Assembly: GCA_000503835.1 (NCBI GenBank)
Contig: CP006914.1
Span: 45,790-109,789, forward strand
DNA: 64,000 nucleotides
Direction: 5' to 3'
Source: a candidate division WWE3 bacterium RAAC2_WWE3_1
GTDB taxonomy: Bacteria; Patescibacteriota; WWE3; UBA101185; UBA10185
Shown here: piece after piece, positions 21,654 to 31,206 of the stretch
Layout of the letters: each line of letters starts with the position of its first letter
How positions within the stretch are numbered: position 1 is the stretch's first letter
The notes under the pieces: model-generated
Seen by the model: the letters and a program-made list of their open reading frames with translations, nothing else
Told to the model about the DNA's origin: nothing
Database searches by the model: none
Position numbers and translations under genes: made by a program

Positions 21654-22082
21654 ATGAGCGAAAAGATAAAAGGAATAAAACTTAACATGAGCCAGATATT
21701 TCTCGATACGGGAAAAGTGATTCCTGTAACGGTAATTGGCAAAATCGACGATGATATTACGGCGGAGATGGAAAATAAACCGGTTCAGATTGTGGGAATT
21801 TCCAAAGGAAAAGGTTTTGCGGGCGGAATGAAGAGATGGCATTTCTCAGGAGGTCCCGCTACGGGCGGACAAAGTACAAAACCCAGAGCACCCGGATCAA
21901 TTGGTAGTCAGACACCGGGAAGGGTCAGAAAAGGTAAGAAAATGGCCGGAAGACTGGGCGGCGACAGGGTTACGATTAAAGGTTTAAAAATTGTAAGAGT
22001 AATGCCCGATCAAAAACAGCTCATGGTCTCAGGTCCTGTACCGGGGGCAAGAAATTCTAAAATTACGATCGAGCTAAAGTAA
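21654..22082 (+). CDS. rplC: 50S ribosomal protein L3, internally shortened (142 aa)
   Basis: MSQIF..IPVTVI, GISKGKGFAG, PGSIG..TPGRV.KGKKMAG, GPVPG; located between rpsJ and rplD. Confidence 0.95.
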   Translation: MSEKIKGIKLNMSQIFLDTGKVIPVTVIGKIDDDITAEMENKPVQIVGISKGKGFAGGMKRWHFSGGPATGGQSTKPRAPGSIGSQTPGRVRKGKKMAGRLGGDRVTIKGLKIVRVMPDQKQLMVSGPVPGARNSKITIELK

Positions 22083-22083
22083 T

Positions 22084-22707
22084 ATGAAAAAAGTAGTATT
22101 GGATAACAAAGGAAAAAAGGTCGAAGAAATAACCCTCCGTGATGAGGTGTTTAAATCGGAGCCCAACGACAGTGTTTTGACCCAATACATAAGAGTTTAT
22201 ACAACCAACCAAAGAACGGGTACTTCCAAGACCCGATCGAAAGGTGAAGTGGCCGGCGGCGGAGCTAAGCCCTGGAGACAAAAAGGTACCGGCAGGGCAA
22301 GGGCAGGATCTTCCAGAAGTCCTTTGTGGGTTCATGGAGGAGTAACTCACGGTCCGCTTCCGAAGGATTGGACCCTAAAACTGCCGAAGAAAATGAAGAA
22401 ATTGGCTATGAGATCGGCACTTTCGTTGAAAGAGGCTGCAGACGCCCTTTTTGTGGTCAACGGACTGGGTATAGAAAAAATATCCACATCCGGAATGGCG
22501 TCTGTTGTGAAGACGCTCGGACTCAAAGGCAGAGTCCTTTACGTTTGGAATAAAAAAGATGACAAGGTAATGAAAAGCATCTCCAACCTGAACAATATAA
22601 GGGCAGCTTTTTCGGGTTCTCTGAACCCTTACGATCTTATATCCGCGAAGATGGTCCTATTTGAAAAAGACGCCGTGCTTGATATAAACGAGAGGTTTAA
22701 AAAATGA
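22084..22707 (+). CDS. rplD: 50S ribosomal protein L4
   Basis: KPWRQKGTGRARAGS. Confidence 0.98.
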   Translation: MKKVVLDNKGKKVEEITLRDEVFKSEPNDSVLTQYIRVYTTNQRTGTSKTRSKGEVAGGGAKPWRQKGTGRARAGSSRSPLWVHGGVTHGPLPKDWTLKLPKKMKKLAMRSALSLKEAADALFVVNGLGIEKISTSGMASVVKTLGLKGRVLYVWNKKDDKVMKSISNLNNIRAAFSGSLNPYDLISAKMVLFEKDAVLDINERFKK

Positions 22708-22994
22708 GATTAAATAACCTGATATACAAACCAATAGTTACTGAAAAAACGTACGCCCAGGCTACCGACGGCCAGTATTCTTTTAAGGTCGCCATGGATG
22801 CCTCCAAGGAAACTGTGGCAAAAGAGATAGAGAAGATATATGGGGTCAAGGTTACGGCGGTTAAGACCATTGTTGTACCCGGAAAACCCAGAAGGGTAAC
22901 GGGAACGAGGAGACACTCAGGGAGAGTTAAATGGAAAAAAGCCACAGTAAAGTTAAAGGAAGGCCAGACAATTGATATAATGCCGAAGGAATAA
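22704..22994 (+). CDS. rplW: 50S ribosomal protein L23
   Basis: PIVTEK, WKKATVKL; S10-operon order. Confidence 0.96.
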   Translation: MRLNNLIYKPIVTEKTYAQATDGQYSFKVAMDASKETVAKEIEKIYGVKVTAVKTIVVPGKPRRVTGTRRHSGRVKWKKATVKLKEGQTIDIMPKE

Positions 22995-22996
22995 AT

Positions 22997-23830
22997 ATGC
23001 TAAAAAGATATAAACCTACAAGTCAAGGACAGCGAACCAGAAAAACTCTCGTGAGAGAGGTGAGTAAGGAAAGACCTGTAAAATCCCTAACATCGGCATT
23101 GAAGGGTCCCGCAGGAAGAAATCGCGGCAGGATAGCCACCAGATACAGAGAAAGAGGCACAAAAAAGAGATACAGAGTCATAGATTTCAAAAGGAACAAA
23201 CTGTTCATACCGGCAAAGGTGGCCTCTATAGAGTACGACCCCAACAGAGGTTCGGACATTGCCTTGATTAACTTTATAGACGGTGAGAAGAGGTATATAC
23301 TTGCCCCCGAAGGTTTAGCCATAGGCATGGAGGTCGTTTCAGGTCCGGAGGCCGAGTTAAATCCGGGAAACGCGCTTCCCCTGGAAAACATTCCTTTGGG
23401 AACTTCCGTTCACAATATCGAGGTAAATATCGGAGGCGGGGGTGTGTTGGCGAGAGGCGCGGGGAATTCCGCTCAGGTTTTGGCTAAAGAAGGGGCATAC
23501 GTTAATCTGAGGCTTCCGAGTGGAGAAGTAAAGAAAATACTGGGAAAGTGCTATGCTTCAGTCGGCACGTTATCCAACCCCGACATCAGGAATGTGCGGT
23601 TAGGAAAGGCCGGAAGGAAAAGATACCTTGGCTTTAGACCTCACGTTCGTGGTGTGGCGATGGCAAATCCGAAGAAAGACCATCCGCACGCAGGTAAGTA
23701 CGGTACGACAGGTATCGGAAGACCGGCGCCTTTATCTCCCTGGGGATGGAAAACAAGGGGTGTTAAGAGCAGAAAACGTGTTCACACTGACTACACCATA
23801 GTTAAAAAGAGGGAGAAAAAGAAAAGGTAG
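22997..23830 (+). CDS. rplB: 50S ribosomal protein L2
   Basis: YRVIDFKR, IEYDPNR, LRLPSGE, GKAGR. Confidence 0.98.
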   Translation: MLKRYKPTSQGQRTRKTLVREVSKERPVKSLTSALKGPAGRNRGRIATRYRERGTKKRYRVIDFKRNKLFIPAKVASIEYDPNRGSDIALINFIDGEKRYILAPEGLAIGMEVVSGPEAELNPGNALPLENIPLGTSVHNIEVNIGGGGVLARGAGNSAQVLAKEGAYVNLRLPSGEVKKILGKCYASVGTLSNPDIRNVRLGKAGRKRYLGFRPHVRGVAMANPKKDHPHAGKYGTTGIGRPAPLSPWGWKTRGVKSRKRVHTDYTIVKKREKKKR

Positions 23831-23859
23831 GTTAACCTAATTATCTTAAGGATCCAACT

Positions 23860-24129
23860 ATGTCAAGATCGCTAAAAAAAGGAATATATACGGACGAAAA
23901 ATTAATGAAAAAGGTAAAGACAGCCCTTTCTTCAGGAGTCAGAACTCCCATAAAGACGTGGGCAAGAAGATCTACGGTTGTTCCGGAGATGGTAGGTTTG
24001 ACGTTCGACGTGCACAACGGGAAAAAACACATTCCCGTTTTTGTAACTGAATCCATGGTCGGTCACAAATTGGGAGAGTTTGCACCCACAAGGACGTTCA
24101 GGGCGCACTCCTCTAAGAAAGTGGCATAA
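23860..24129 (+). CDS. rpsS: 30S ribosomal protein S19
   Basis: [21 protein letters not shown]. Confidence 0.98.
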   Translation: MSRSLKKGIYTDEKLMKKVKTALSSGVRTPIKTWARRSTVVPEMVGLTFDVHNGKKHIPVFVTESMVGHKLGEFAPTRTFRAHSSKKVA

Positions 24130-24134
24130 AAAAT

Positions 24135-24488
24135 ATGAACAAGTCTGAGGTATACGCAAAACACATGAAAGCAAGAATATCGCCTAAGAAGGTAGCTCCG
24201 GTAATGGACCTAGTCAGAGGAAAATCCGTTCAGGAAGCAAAGTTGATATTGTCTTTCGACAGAACAAAAGCTGCTGCTTTGGTTCTGAAAGTGTTAAGAT
24301 CGGCCGAGGCCAACGCTGTAAATAACAACAAGTTTGACAAAAAGAGTCTGGTACTTTCCGAACTTTGGGTCAGCGGCGGGCCTGTTTCTAAAAGCGGTCA
24401 GTTTGTTGCAAAAGGAAGGTTCAGCCCTATTTTAAAAAGAACGAGTCATATTTATGTTGGTTTAAGTCAGGCAGGAAAAAAGGTTTAA
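24135..24488 (+). CDS. rplV: 50S ribosomal protein L22
   Basis: RISPKK, SAEANA, KRTSHI. Confidence 0.96.
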   Translation: MNKSEVYAKHMKARISPKKVAPVMDLVRGKSVQEAKLILSFDRTKAAALVLKVLRSAEANAVNNNKFDKKSLVLSELWVSGGPVSKSGQFVAKGRFSPILKRTSHIYVGLSQAGKKV

Positions 24489-24491
24489 AAC

Positions 24492-25124
24492 ATGGGACAA
24501 AAAATAAACCCGGTAGGGTATAGATTAGGAATATCCAGAGACTGGCAGTCAAGATGGTACGCTCCGGCATCGTCTTATGCAGATGTTGCTCACGAGGATA
24601 TAAGGATAAGAAAGTACCTTAAGAAGAAACTCGATATGGCCGGTTTGAAGGAGATAGATATTGAAAGGACCGAGAACGATATCAGCATTACCGTGAGAGT
24701 GTCCAAACCCGGAGTAGTCATCGGAAGAGGTGGTACAGGCGTCGAAGAAATAGAAAAAGATATCAAGAAGCTTACGAAGGCCAAAGTCAAGATTACGGCA
24801 GAGGAGGTAAAATCCCCGGAGATCGAAGCACAACTTGTAGGGGACTATATAGCCAGACAGATAAAAAGAAGGATGCCTTACAGGAGAGTTGTTAAGTTTG
24901 CTTTAAGCGGGGCGATGGATAAAGGAGCAAAAGGTATAAAAATAAGATTGTCGGGAGTTTTGAGCGGAAGTAACACAATAGCTAGGTCCGAGCAGTACAC
25001 ATTAGGTTCCATTCCTCTGCAAACGTTAAGAGCAGACATCGATTATGCTCAAATTGACTGTCACTTACTTTACGGGACTATTGGCATCAAAGTATGGATT
25101 TATAAAGGTGAGAAGACAATTTAA
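24492..25124 (+). CDS. rpsC: 30S ribosomal protein S3
   Basis: MGQKINP.GYRLG, PLQTLRADIDY, GIKVWI. Confidence 0.98.
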   Translation: MGQKINPVGYRLGISRDWQSRWYAPASSYADVAHEDIRIRKYLKKKLDMAGLKEIDIERTENDISITVRVSKPGVVIGRGGTGVEEIEKDIKKLTKAKVKITAEEVKSPEIEAQLVGDYIARQIKRRMPYRRVVKFALSGAMDKGAKGIKIRLSGVLSGSNTIARSEQYTLGSIPLQTLRADIDYAQIDCHLLYGTIGIKVWIYKGEKTI

Positions 25125-25126
25125 CT

Positions 25127-25534
25127 ATGTTGATGCCGAAGAAAGTAAAATTTAGGAAACAGCAAAGAGGTAATAACAAAGGTATTGCCGTGAGAGGTTC
25201 GAAGATTGTTTACGGCGATTATGCAATAAAAGCGGCAGACAGGGGACTTTTGACCTCAAGACAAATAGAGGCCGCCAGAAAGGCTGTCATGCACGAAACA
25301 AAAAGAGGCGGCAAGCTGTGGATCAGAGTTTTTCCCGACAAACCTGTTGTTGCAAAGCCTGCAGAAACAAGGATGGGTAGTGGAAAAGCCAACACCGATC
25401 ATTATTCGGCAGTCATTAAGCCGGGAAAAGTAGTGTTTGAAATCGGCGGTGTGACCAGGGAACTTGCTAAGCATGCTTTTAAAAAAGCCGCGGCCAAACT
25501 TCCTATTAAAATGAGGTTCGTGTCTAAGGAATAA
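25127..25534 (+). CDS. rplP: 50S ribosomal protein L16
   Basis: MLMPKKVKFRKQQRG, WIRVFPDKP, RMGSGK. Confidence 0.98.
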   Translation: MLMPKKVKFRKQQRGNNKGIAVRGSKIVYGDYAIKAADRGLLTSRQIEAARKAVMHETKRGGKLWIRVFPDKPVVAKPAETRMGSGKANTDHYSAVIKPGKVVFEIGGVTRELAKHAFKKAAAKLPIKMRFVSKE

Positions 25535-25538
25535 ATAT

Positions 25539-25751
25539 ATGAACGCCAAAGAACTAAGACAAAAAAATGATCAGGAACTTTTGGATTCAAAGAAGAATCT
25601 GGAAAAAGAAATAAGGGAAGTATCGCTTAACACTTTACAGGGTAAGGAGAAAAATGTTAAAAAGGCAGGGTTGCTCAGAAGAGACTTGTCCAGAATCCTT
25701 ACTGTTATAAACGAGAAGAAAATTTTGAGCTCCGAAAAGGTCGGAGATTAA
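25539..25751 (+). CDS. rpmC: 50S ribosomal protein L29
   Basis: AKELR...RRDLSRILT; gene order. Confidence 0.92.
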   Translation: MNAKELRQKNDQELLDSKKNLEKEIREVSLNTLQGKEKNVKKAGLLRRDLSRILTVINEKKILSSEKVGD

Positions 25752-25752
25752 C

Positions 25753-26016
25753 ATGACAGAAAAAATAACAAGCGCAAGAAGAATAAAAGGAAAAGTCGTT
25801 TCTACTAAGATGCAGAAAACTGTGGTGGTAAAAATAGATATTTCCACGAGACACCCTTTGTACAGCAAACCTGTGAAGACAAATAAGAGATTAAAAGCCA
25901 GAGATGAAATAGGAGTGCCCGTAGGTGCGGAAGTAATAGTTGAGGAATGCGCACCGTTCAGTAAAGAGGTCACCTGGAGAGTTGTGGAAGTAGTAAAAGG
26001 ATCGGAGGGAAAATAG
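25753..26016 (+). CDS. rpsQ: 30S ribosomal protein S17
   Basis: GKVVSTKMQKTVVV, HPLY, PFSK. Confidence 0.96.
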   Translation: MTEKITSARRIKGKVVSTKMQKTVVVKIDISTRHPLYSKPVKTNKRLKARDEIGVPVGAEVIVEECAPFSKEVTWRVVEVVKGSEGK

Positions 26017-26017
26017 A

Positions 26018-26383
26018 ATGCTTCAGATCGGTACCACAGTTAATTTGGCGGATAATTCGGGAGCCAGGAGATTAAAAATAATCGGCATTCCGGGTTCCAG
26101 GAAAACCGTTGCAAAAATAGGCGACCTGGTCACCGCAGTGGTAAAAGGTGCCGATTCCGCAGGTACGGTTAAAGATCACACAGTTGTTAAAGCCATAGTT
26201 GTGAGAACCAAAAAAGAGGTAAGAAGAAAAGACGGTAGCTATATACGATTTGATGACAACGCGGCCGTCGTCGTTGATAAAGACAGAAATTTGATAGGCA
26301 CCCGCATCTTCGGTCCTATCGCCAGGGAGATCAGAGATAGGGGACTTTTGAAGATAGTATCTTTGGCAAAAGAGGTTTGGTAA
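26018..26383 (+). CDS. rplN: 50S ribosomal protein L14
   Basis: ADNSGA, IRFDDNAAV, GTRIFGP. Confidence 0.98.
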   Translation: MLQIGTTVNLADNSGARRLKIIGIPGSRKTVAKIGDLVTAVVKGADSAGTVKDHTVVKAIVVRTKKEVRRKDGSYIRFDDNAAVVVDKDRNLIGTRIFGPIAREIRDRGLLKIVSLAKEVW

Positions 26384-26387
26384 AAAT

Positions 26388-26705
26388 ATGAAAGTTAAAA
26401 AAGACGACAAAGTAAAAATAATAGCAGGAAAAGATAAAGGCAAAACCGGCAAAGTGCTGAAGGTGTTTCCTGCAAAAGGAAAAGTTATTGTTGAAGGCGT
26501 GAACATTATAAAGAAACACGTAAAGCCCGGTAAGGTCTCAAAAGAGGGCGGAATAATAAGTATGGAGAAACCGGTCAATATCTCGAACGTAATGTTGGTC
26601 GACCAAAAGTCGGGAAATCCGATAAGGATCGGATACAAGATCATAGATGGGAAGAAGTACAGAATAAATAAAAAGTCAGGCGAGGTTATTGAACTTAAGA
26701 AATAA
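26388..26705 (+). CDS. rplX: 50S ribosomal protein L24
   Basis: IAGKDKGKTG KOW motif, ISNVML. Confidence 0.97.
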   Translation: MKVKKDDKVKIIAGKDKGKTGKVLKVFPAKGKVIVEGVNIIKKHVKPGKVSKEGGIISMEKPVNISNVMLVDQKSGNPIRIGYKIIDGKKYRINKKSGEVIELKK

Positions 26706-26707
26706 AT

Positions 26708-27253
26708 ATGAACAGACTTAGAGAAAAATATATTAAAGAAATAGCACCAAAAATGATGAAGGAACTAAAACTTTCTAACGTCATGGCTTTGCCCAGGATA
26801 TTAAAAGTTTCTATAAATTCCGGCGTCGGTCCTTTCAGAGAGAACAGAGAGGCTTTGGATTCTTTTGTCGAGGAACTCTCTTCGCTCGCAGGTCAGAAGG
26901 TTTACCCCAGAAAGGCACGTCAGTCCGTAGCCGGGTTTAAAATAAGAAAAGGTGATATAGTGGGTTACTCGGTAACTTTGAGGGGTGAAAGGATGTGGGC
27001 GTTCCTGGACAAATTGATAAACATCGCGATTCCCAGGGTCAGAGACTTCAGGGGTTTAGATGACATGTCCTTCGACGGCAATGGAAATTATTCCCTTGGC
27101 ATCAGAGAACACGTTATTTTCCCGGAGGTAAACCCGAACACGACCAAAGGCCTAAGAAGTATGCAGATAACGGTGGTTTTCAGCACTCCCGAAGTCGAAC
27201 ATAGCAAATATTTACTTGCAGAATTGGGAATGCCGTTCAGGAAGGACGATTGA
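26708..27253 (+). CDS. rplE: 50S ribosomal protein L5
   Basis: [23 protein letters not shown]. Confidence 0.98.
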   Translation: MNRLREKYIKEIAPKMMKELKLSNVMALPRILKVSINSGVGPFRENREALDSFVEELSSLAGQKVYPRKARQSVAGFKIRKGDIVGYSVTLRGERMWAFLDKLINIAIPRVRDFRGLDDMSFDGNGNYSLGIREHVIFPEVNPNTTKGLRSMQITVVFSTPEVEHSKYLLAELGMPFRKDD

Positions 27254-27254
27254 T

Positions 27255-27440
27255 ATGGCAAAAAAGTCATTAATAGCAAAACAAAAAAGAGAAGCAAAGT
27301 TCAGCTCAAGGGCATATCACAGGTGTCCGCTTTGCGGAAATCCGAGAGGATACTACAGAAGGTTTAAGATGTGCAGGAAGTGTTTTAGGGAGCTTGCTCA
27401 CAAAGGCGAGTTGCCCGGAATAAGAAAGTCGAGCTGGTAA
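27255..27440 (+). CDS. rpsZ: 30S ribosomal protein S14, Zn-binding type Z (61 aa)
   Basis: MAKKS...RCPLCG...MCRKCFRE...LPGIRKSSW. Confidence 0.96.
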   Translation: MAKKSLIAKQKREAKFSSRAYHRCPLCGNPRGYYRRFKMCRKCFRELAHKGELPGIRKSSW

Positions 27441-27442
27441 AT

Positions 27443-27841
27443 ATGAGCATGGATAGGTTATCGAACATGTTAAGCGCACTAAAGAACGCCTCAATGGCCG
27501 GTAAGCCGGTTGTAGAGATAATGTATTCCAAAGAATGTGAGGAAGTGGCCAAGGTCTTAAGAGAAAAGGGTTTCTTGGAGAGCGTGAAAGTATTCAAGCC
27601 GGAAAAAACATCGGTAAAGAGAATACATATAGAGTTGGCAAAAGCCGATGGTATTTTTACTCTTACCGAGACGAGAAGGGTATCAAAACCCGGAAGAAGA
27701 ATATACAGAGGAGCCGATGAGATCGGTACCTTCAAAAGAGGCTTCGGTGTTATGGTTGTTTCAACTTCGAAAGGTATCATGAGCTCCGGTGAGGCCAGAA
27801 AGAAGAAAATCGGCGGAGAAATCCTCTGCGAGGTTTATTAA
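27443..27841 (+). CDS. rpsH: 30S ribosomal protein S8
   Basis: RVSKPGRRIY, VSTSKG, GGEILC. Confidence 0.97.
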   Translation: MSMDRLSNMLSALKNASMAGKPVVEIMYSKECEEVAKVLREKGFLESVKVFKPEKTSVKRIHIELAKADGIFTLTETRRVSKPGRRIYRGADEIGTFKRGFGVMVVSTSKGIMSSGEARKKKIGGEILCEVY

Positions 27842-27843
27842 AT

Positions 27844-28392
27844 ATGAGTAGATTAGGCAAGTTGCCGATAAAAATACCCGCGGGGGTCACATTTGAGATT
27901 AAGGATTCTTCGATTACCGTAAAGGGACCGAAAGGGGAGCTCAAACTTAATGTCAGGCCTGAGGTGGCTGTACAGGTTGAGGGTGACGAGGCAAAGGTCT
28001 CGGTAGCCATCGACACCAAGCAGTCAGGTGCTTTTTGGGGTATGACCAGATCTTTGGTTGCCAATATGGTAGAGGGAGTGACCGATGGGTTTAACAAGAA
28101 TCTTGAGCTTATCGGAGTAGGCTACAGGGTTAAGCAGGAAGCTCCCGATACAATTTCGCTGACCTTGGGTTTTTCACACCCGGTTCGTATAAAAGCTCCG
28201 GAAGGTGTTAAATTTGAGGTCGGGGAAAATCAGACACTGACAGTTAAAGGTATAGATAAAGATCTGGTGGGTCTCACAGCCGCGAAGATAAGAAAGCTCA
28301 GGAAACCCGAACCCTACAAAGGTAAAGGAATAAGATACGCGGGCGAAAAAGTTAGAAGAAAGGCCGGAAAAGCAGCGAAATCGGCTAAGTAG
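27844..28392 (+). CDS. rplF: 50S ribosomal protein L6
   Basis: [23 protein letters not shown]. Confidence 0.98.
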   Translation: MSRLGKLPIKIPAGVTFEIKDSSITVKGPKGELKLNVRPEVAVQVEGDEAKVSVAIDTKQSGAFWGMTRSLVANMVEGVTDGFNKNLELIGVGYRVKQEAPDTISLTLGFSHPVRIKAPEGVKFEVGENQTLTVKGIDKDLVGLTAAKIRKLRKPEPYKGKGIRYAGEKVRRKAGKAAKSAK

Positions 28393-28414
28393 TAAGTATT
28401 TATTAAAATATGAT

Positions 28415-28774
28415 ATGTATAAAGTAAATTTAAGAAAAACAAATATTGAAAGACGAAAACTGAGAGTGAGAAAAAAAATCTCGGGAACCGGCACGACGCC
28501 CAGGATCTCTGTTTTTAGAACTAACAAGCACATTTACGCTCAGCTTATAGATGATGTTAAAGGGCATACCATTGCCTCGGTGTCCGTAGAAATAGAAAAG
28601 ACCGTAAAAGGAAAGACTAAGACCGAAATAGCATTTGAGGCGGGAAAAGCATTAGCCGAAAAAGCCAAAGAGAAAAAGATAAAAGAAGCAGTATTCGACA
28701 GGAACGGTTTCCGATTTCACGGAAGAGTAAAAGCTTTAGCTGAAGGAGCCAGAGAAGGGGGCTTAAAATTATGA
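28415..28774 (+). CDS. rplR: 50S ribosomal protein L18
   Basis: [27 protein letters not shown]. Confidence 0.97.
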   Translation: MYKVNLRKTNIERRKLRVRKKISGTGTTPRISVFRTNKHIYAQLIDDVKGHTIASVSVEIEKTVKGKTKTEIAFEAGKALAEKAKEKKIKEAVFDRNGFRFHGRVKALAEGAREGGLKL

Positions 28775-29229
28775 TAACTGCAGATGTGAACACGGCGAAA
28801 TTTGACGAGATTGAAGAAAAGGTTTTGGAAATAAAAAGAGTTTCCAAGAAGACCAAGGGAGGCAATACAATTGCCTTTGCAGTACTTGTCGTTGTGGGAA
28901 ACAATAACGGCAGGGTCGGCGTAGGTTACGGTAAAGCGCCCGACGTGGCAACCTCTATAAACAAAGCTGTGGGTAAAGCAAAAAGATCGATGGTCGAAAT
29001 TAAATTAAACGGTCCGACCATATCCCACGAAGTCATCGCAAAATATGAATCAGCCAAGGTTTTCTTAAAACCCGCACCAAAAGGTACAGGGGTTATAGCG
29101 GGAGGCGCCGTACGCCCGGTCTTAGAGCTGGCAGGAATAAGAGATATTTCAGCAAAAATGATCGGCGCCAATAATAAGATAAGCAACGTGAGATGTACTT
29201 TAAAGGCTTTAAAGAAGCTTAAAGGATAA
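28771..29229 (+). CDS. rpsE: 30S ribosomal protein S5
   Basis: [21 protein letters not shown]. Confidence 0.97.
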   Translation: MITADVNTAKFDEIEEKVLEIKRVSKKTKGGNTIAFAVLVVVGNNNGRVGVGYGKAPDVATSINKAVGKAKRSMVEIKLNGPTISHEVIAKYESAKVFLKPAPKGTGVIAGGAVRPVLELAGIRDISAKMIGANNKISNVRCTLKALKKLKG

Positions 29230-29233
29230 ATAT

Positions 29234-29671
29234 ATGGATCTATCTAATTTACAAAGTATAAAAGAACACAGGAAATCAAAAAGATTAGGACGTGGGTACG
29301 GCTCAGGCAAGGGGGGACACACCGTCGGCAGGGGTATGAAAGGCCAGAAATCCAGAAAAGGGCATAAAATAGCCGTAGGGTTTGAAGGAGGTCAGGTGCC
29401 CCTTTATAAAAGACTCCCCCAGCTTGGCGGATTTAAGGCCTTAAAAAAACCCGTAGCAATAAGGCTGTCCGAACTGAATAAGTTCGACGAAGGTACGGAA
29501 GTAAGTCCGGAAATTCTCCTGAAGAAAAGAATTATTAGAAGTATCCCGCGCCTTGGTGTTAAAATCATTGGTGGAGGAAGCCTTAAAAAGAAACTGATCC
29601 TTAAAGGATTCTCTTATTCTAAAGGAGTTTTTGAGGAAGCAAAGAAATCGGGCTCTACCCTAAATGATTAA
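29234..29671 (+). CDS. rplO: 50S ribosomal protein L15
   Basis: RLGRGYGSGKG, GFEGGQ.PL.KRLP. Confidence 0.97.
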   Translation: MDLSNLQSIKEHRKSKRLGRGYGSGKGGHTVGRGMKGQKSRKGHKIAVGFEGGQVPLYKRLPQLGGFKALKKPVAIRLSELNKFDEGTEVSPEILLKKRIIRSIPRLGVKIIGGGSLKKKLILKGFSYSKGVFEEAKKSGSTLND

Positions 29672-30920
29672 ACTATTCAGATATCCTGAAGTAAGACAAA
29701 AAATTATTTTCACTTTATCAATAATCGTTATTTTTAGGCTCCTGGCTCATGTGCCGGTTCCGGGCGTTGATATTGCTACCGTCAGAGCATTTTTGTCCGG
29801 CAATGCATTATTCGGGATGTTCGACCTTTTCAGCGGGGGCGGGTTTCAGAACTTTTCAATCGTGACTCTCGGTTTAGGGCCCTACATAAACGCGTCCATT
29901 ATTATGCAGCTTCTGACGGTTATGGTCCCCTCACTTGAAGAAATGGCTAAAGAGGGCGAGTACGGAAGAGAGAGAATAAATCTTTACACAAAATATTTGA
30001 GTGTCCCTATGACGATAATTCAGGCTTACGGAATATACTTTTTACTGAACAAACAGGGAGCTCTTCCTCCGCTTAACCCCGTAGATCTTTTGGTTTTAAT
30101 GGTGACGATGTCGGCGGGTGCAATGTTTTTGGTATGGCTGGGAGACCTGGTTACCGAACGCGGTGTGGGCAATGGAGTGTCACTATTGATTTTCGTAGGA
30201 ATAATAAGCAGGTTTCCTCAGCAGATATATACCTATATAGCAACCCTTACGCCGGACACGGTATTTAACGCCCTCCTGTTCGGCGTCCTGGCTGTTATGA
30301 TTGTCGCAAGTGTAGTCCTGGTTAATGAGGGAACAAGGAATCTCGTTATAGAATACGGAAGAACAGGCACCAGAAGCCAGAAAGTTACCAATTACCTTCC
30401 GCTTAAAATCAATCAGGCGGGTGTCATACCCATAATTTTTGCCGTTTCAGTCGTTTTAGTGCCTTCTCTCTTAGCGGGTCCGATGACGGCTTCAGGCAAT
30501 AGCGCGTTGCAGGAAATAGGCAGATTTTTGGCGAACAATTTCGGACAGAACGATGCTGCTTACAACATTTTATATTTTCTGTTGGTTGTAGCGTTCACAT
30601 TTTTTTATACGGGAATCCAATTCAGCCCTCAAAAGATTGCCGACGATGTCAAAAAACGCGGAGGTTTTATTCCCGGAATAAGACCCGGTATGGGTACTGC
30701 GCGCTACCTCAAAAGTGTCGTGAATAGAATAACTTTGTTCGGTGCGGTTTTCCTGGGTTTGATAGCGATACTTCCTTTCTTTTTTCAGCAATCCGGCAGT
30801 GTAACGGCAATGACTGTCGGAGGCACAAGCCTTTTGATTGTGGTCTCCGTTGTACTTGAGACGATAAGACAGACCGAGTCGCTAATGGTAACAAGAAGTT
30901 ATGATAAGTTTTTGTTCTAA
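29664..30920 (+). CDS. secY: Preprotein translocase SecY
   Basis: LGLGPYINASII, GNGVSLLIF, AGVIPIIFA, FIPGIRPG, GGTSLLI. Confidence 0.98.
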   Translation: MIKLFRYPEVRQKIIFTLSIIVIFRLLAHVPVPGVDIATVRAFLSGNALFGMFDLFSGGGFQNFSIVTLGLGPYINASIIMQLLTVMVPSLEEMAKEGEYGRERINLYTKYLSVPMTIIQAYGIYFLLNKQGALPPLNPVDLLVLMVTMSAGAMFLVWLGDLVTERGVGNGVSLLIFVGIISRFPQQIYTYIATLTPDTVFNALLFGVLAVMIVASVVLVNEGTRNLVIEYGRTGTRSQKVTNYLPLKINQAGVIPIIFAVSVVLVPSLLAGPMTASGNSALQEIGRFLANNFGQNDAAYNILYFLLVVAFTFFYTGIQFSPQKIADDVKKRGGFIPGIRPGMGTARYLKSVVNRITLFGAVFLGLIAILPFFFQQSGSVTAMTVGGTSLLIVVSVVLETIRQTESLMVTRSYDKFLF

Positions 30921-30931
30921 GGAGGCTCAAT

Positions 30932-31198
30932 ATGTTTGATAAATTAAAGGATATAAATAAGTTAAGAAAAGCCCAATCAGGTATTAAAAAACAATTGGAA
31001 AATATTTTTGTAACTTCGGAAAAAGGAAAGTTAAGAATAGTTATCAGGGGCGACAAAAGGATTGAAAAACTTGAGATAGATGGTGAGGACGACAAAATTT
31101 TGAGGGAGTTATTAAACGACGCTTTTAAGGATGTTGACAAAAAGGTTGAGAAACAAATGAGGGGGCAGTTGCAGGATCTGGGACTTCCCGGTCTTTAA
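30932..31198 (+). CDS. YbaB/EbfC family nucleoid-associated protein
   Basis: 88 aa helix-beta-helix pattern ending LGLPGL; SD TAAGGAGG. Confidence 0.8.
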   Translation: MFDKLKDINKLRKAQSGIKKQLENIFVTSEKGKLRIVIRGDKRIEKLEIDGEDDKILRELLNDAFKDVDKKVEKQMRGQLQDLGLPGL

Positions 31199-31206
31199 AG
31201 CGCTAT

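Noticed and set aside
21493-22082. rplC as a pseudogene or split gene
   Set aside because: The ORF is intact and in frame with both termini; the upstream spacer has no recognisable uL3 sequence.
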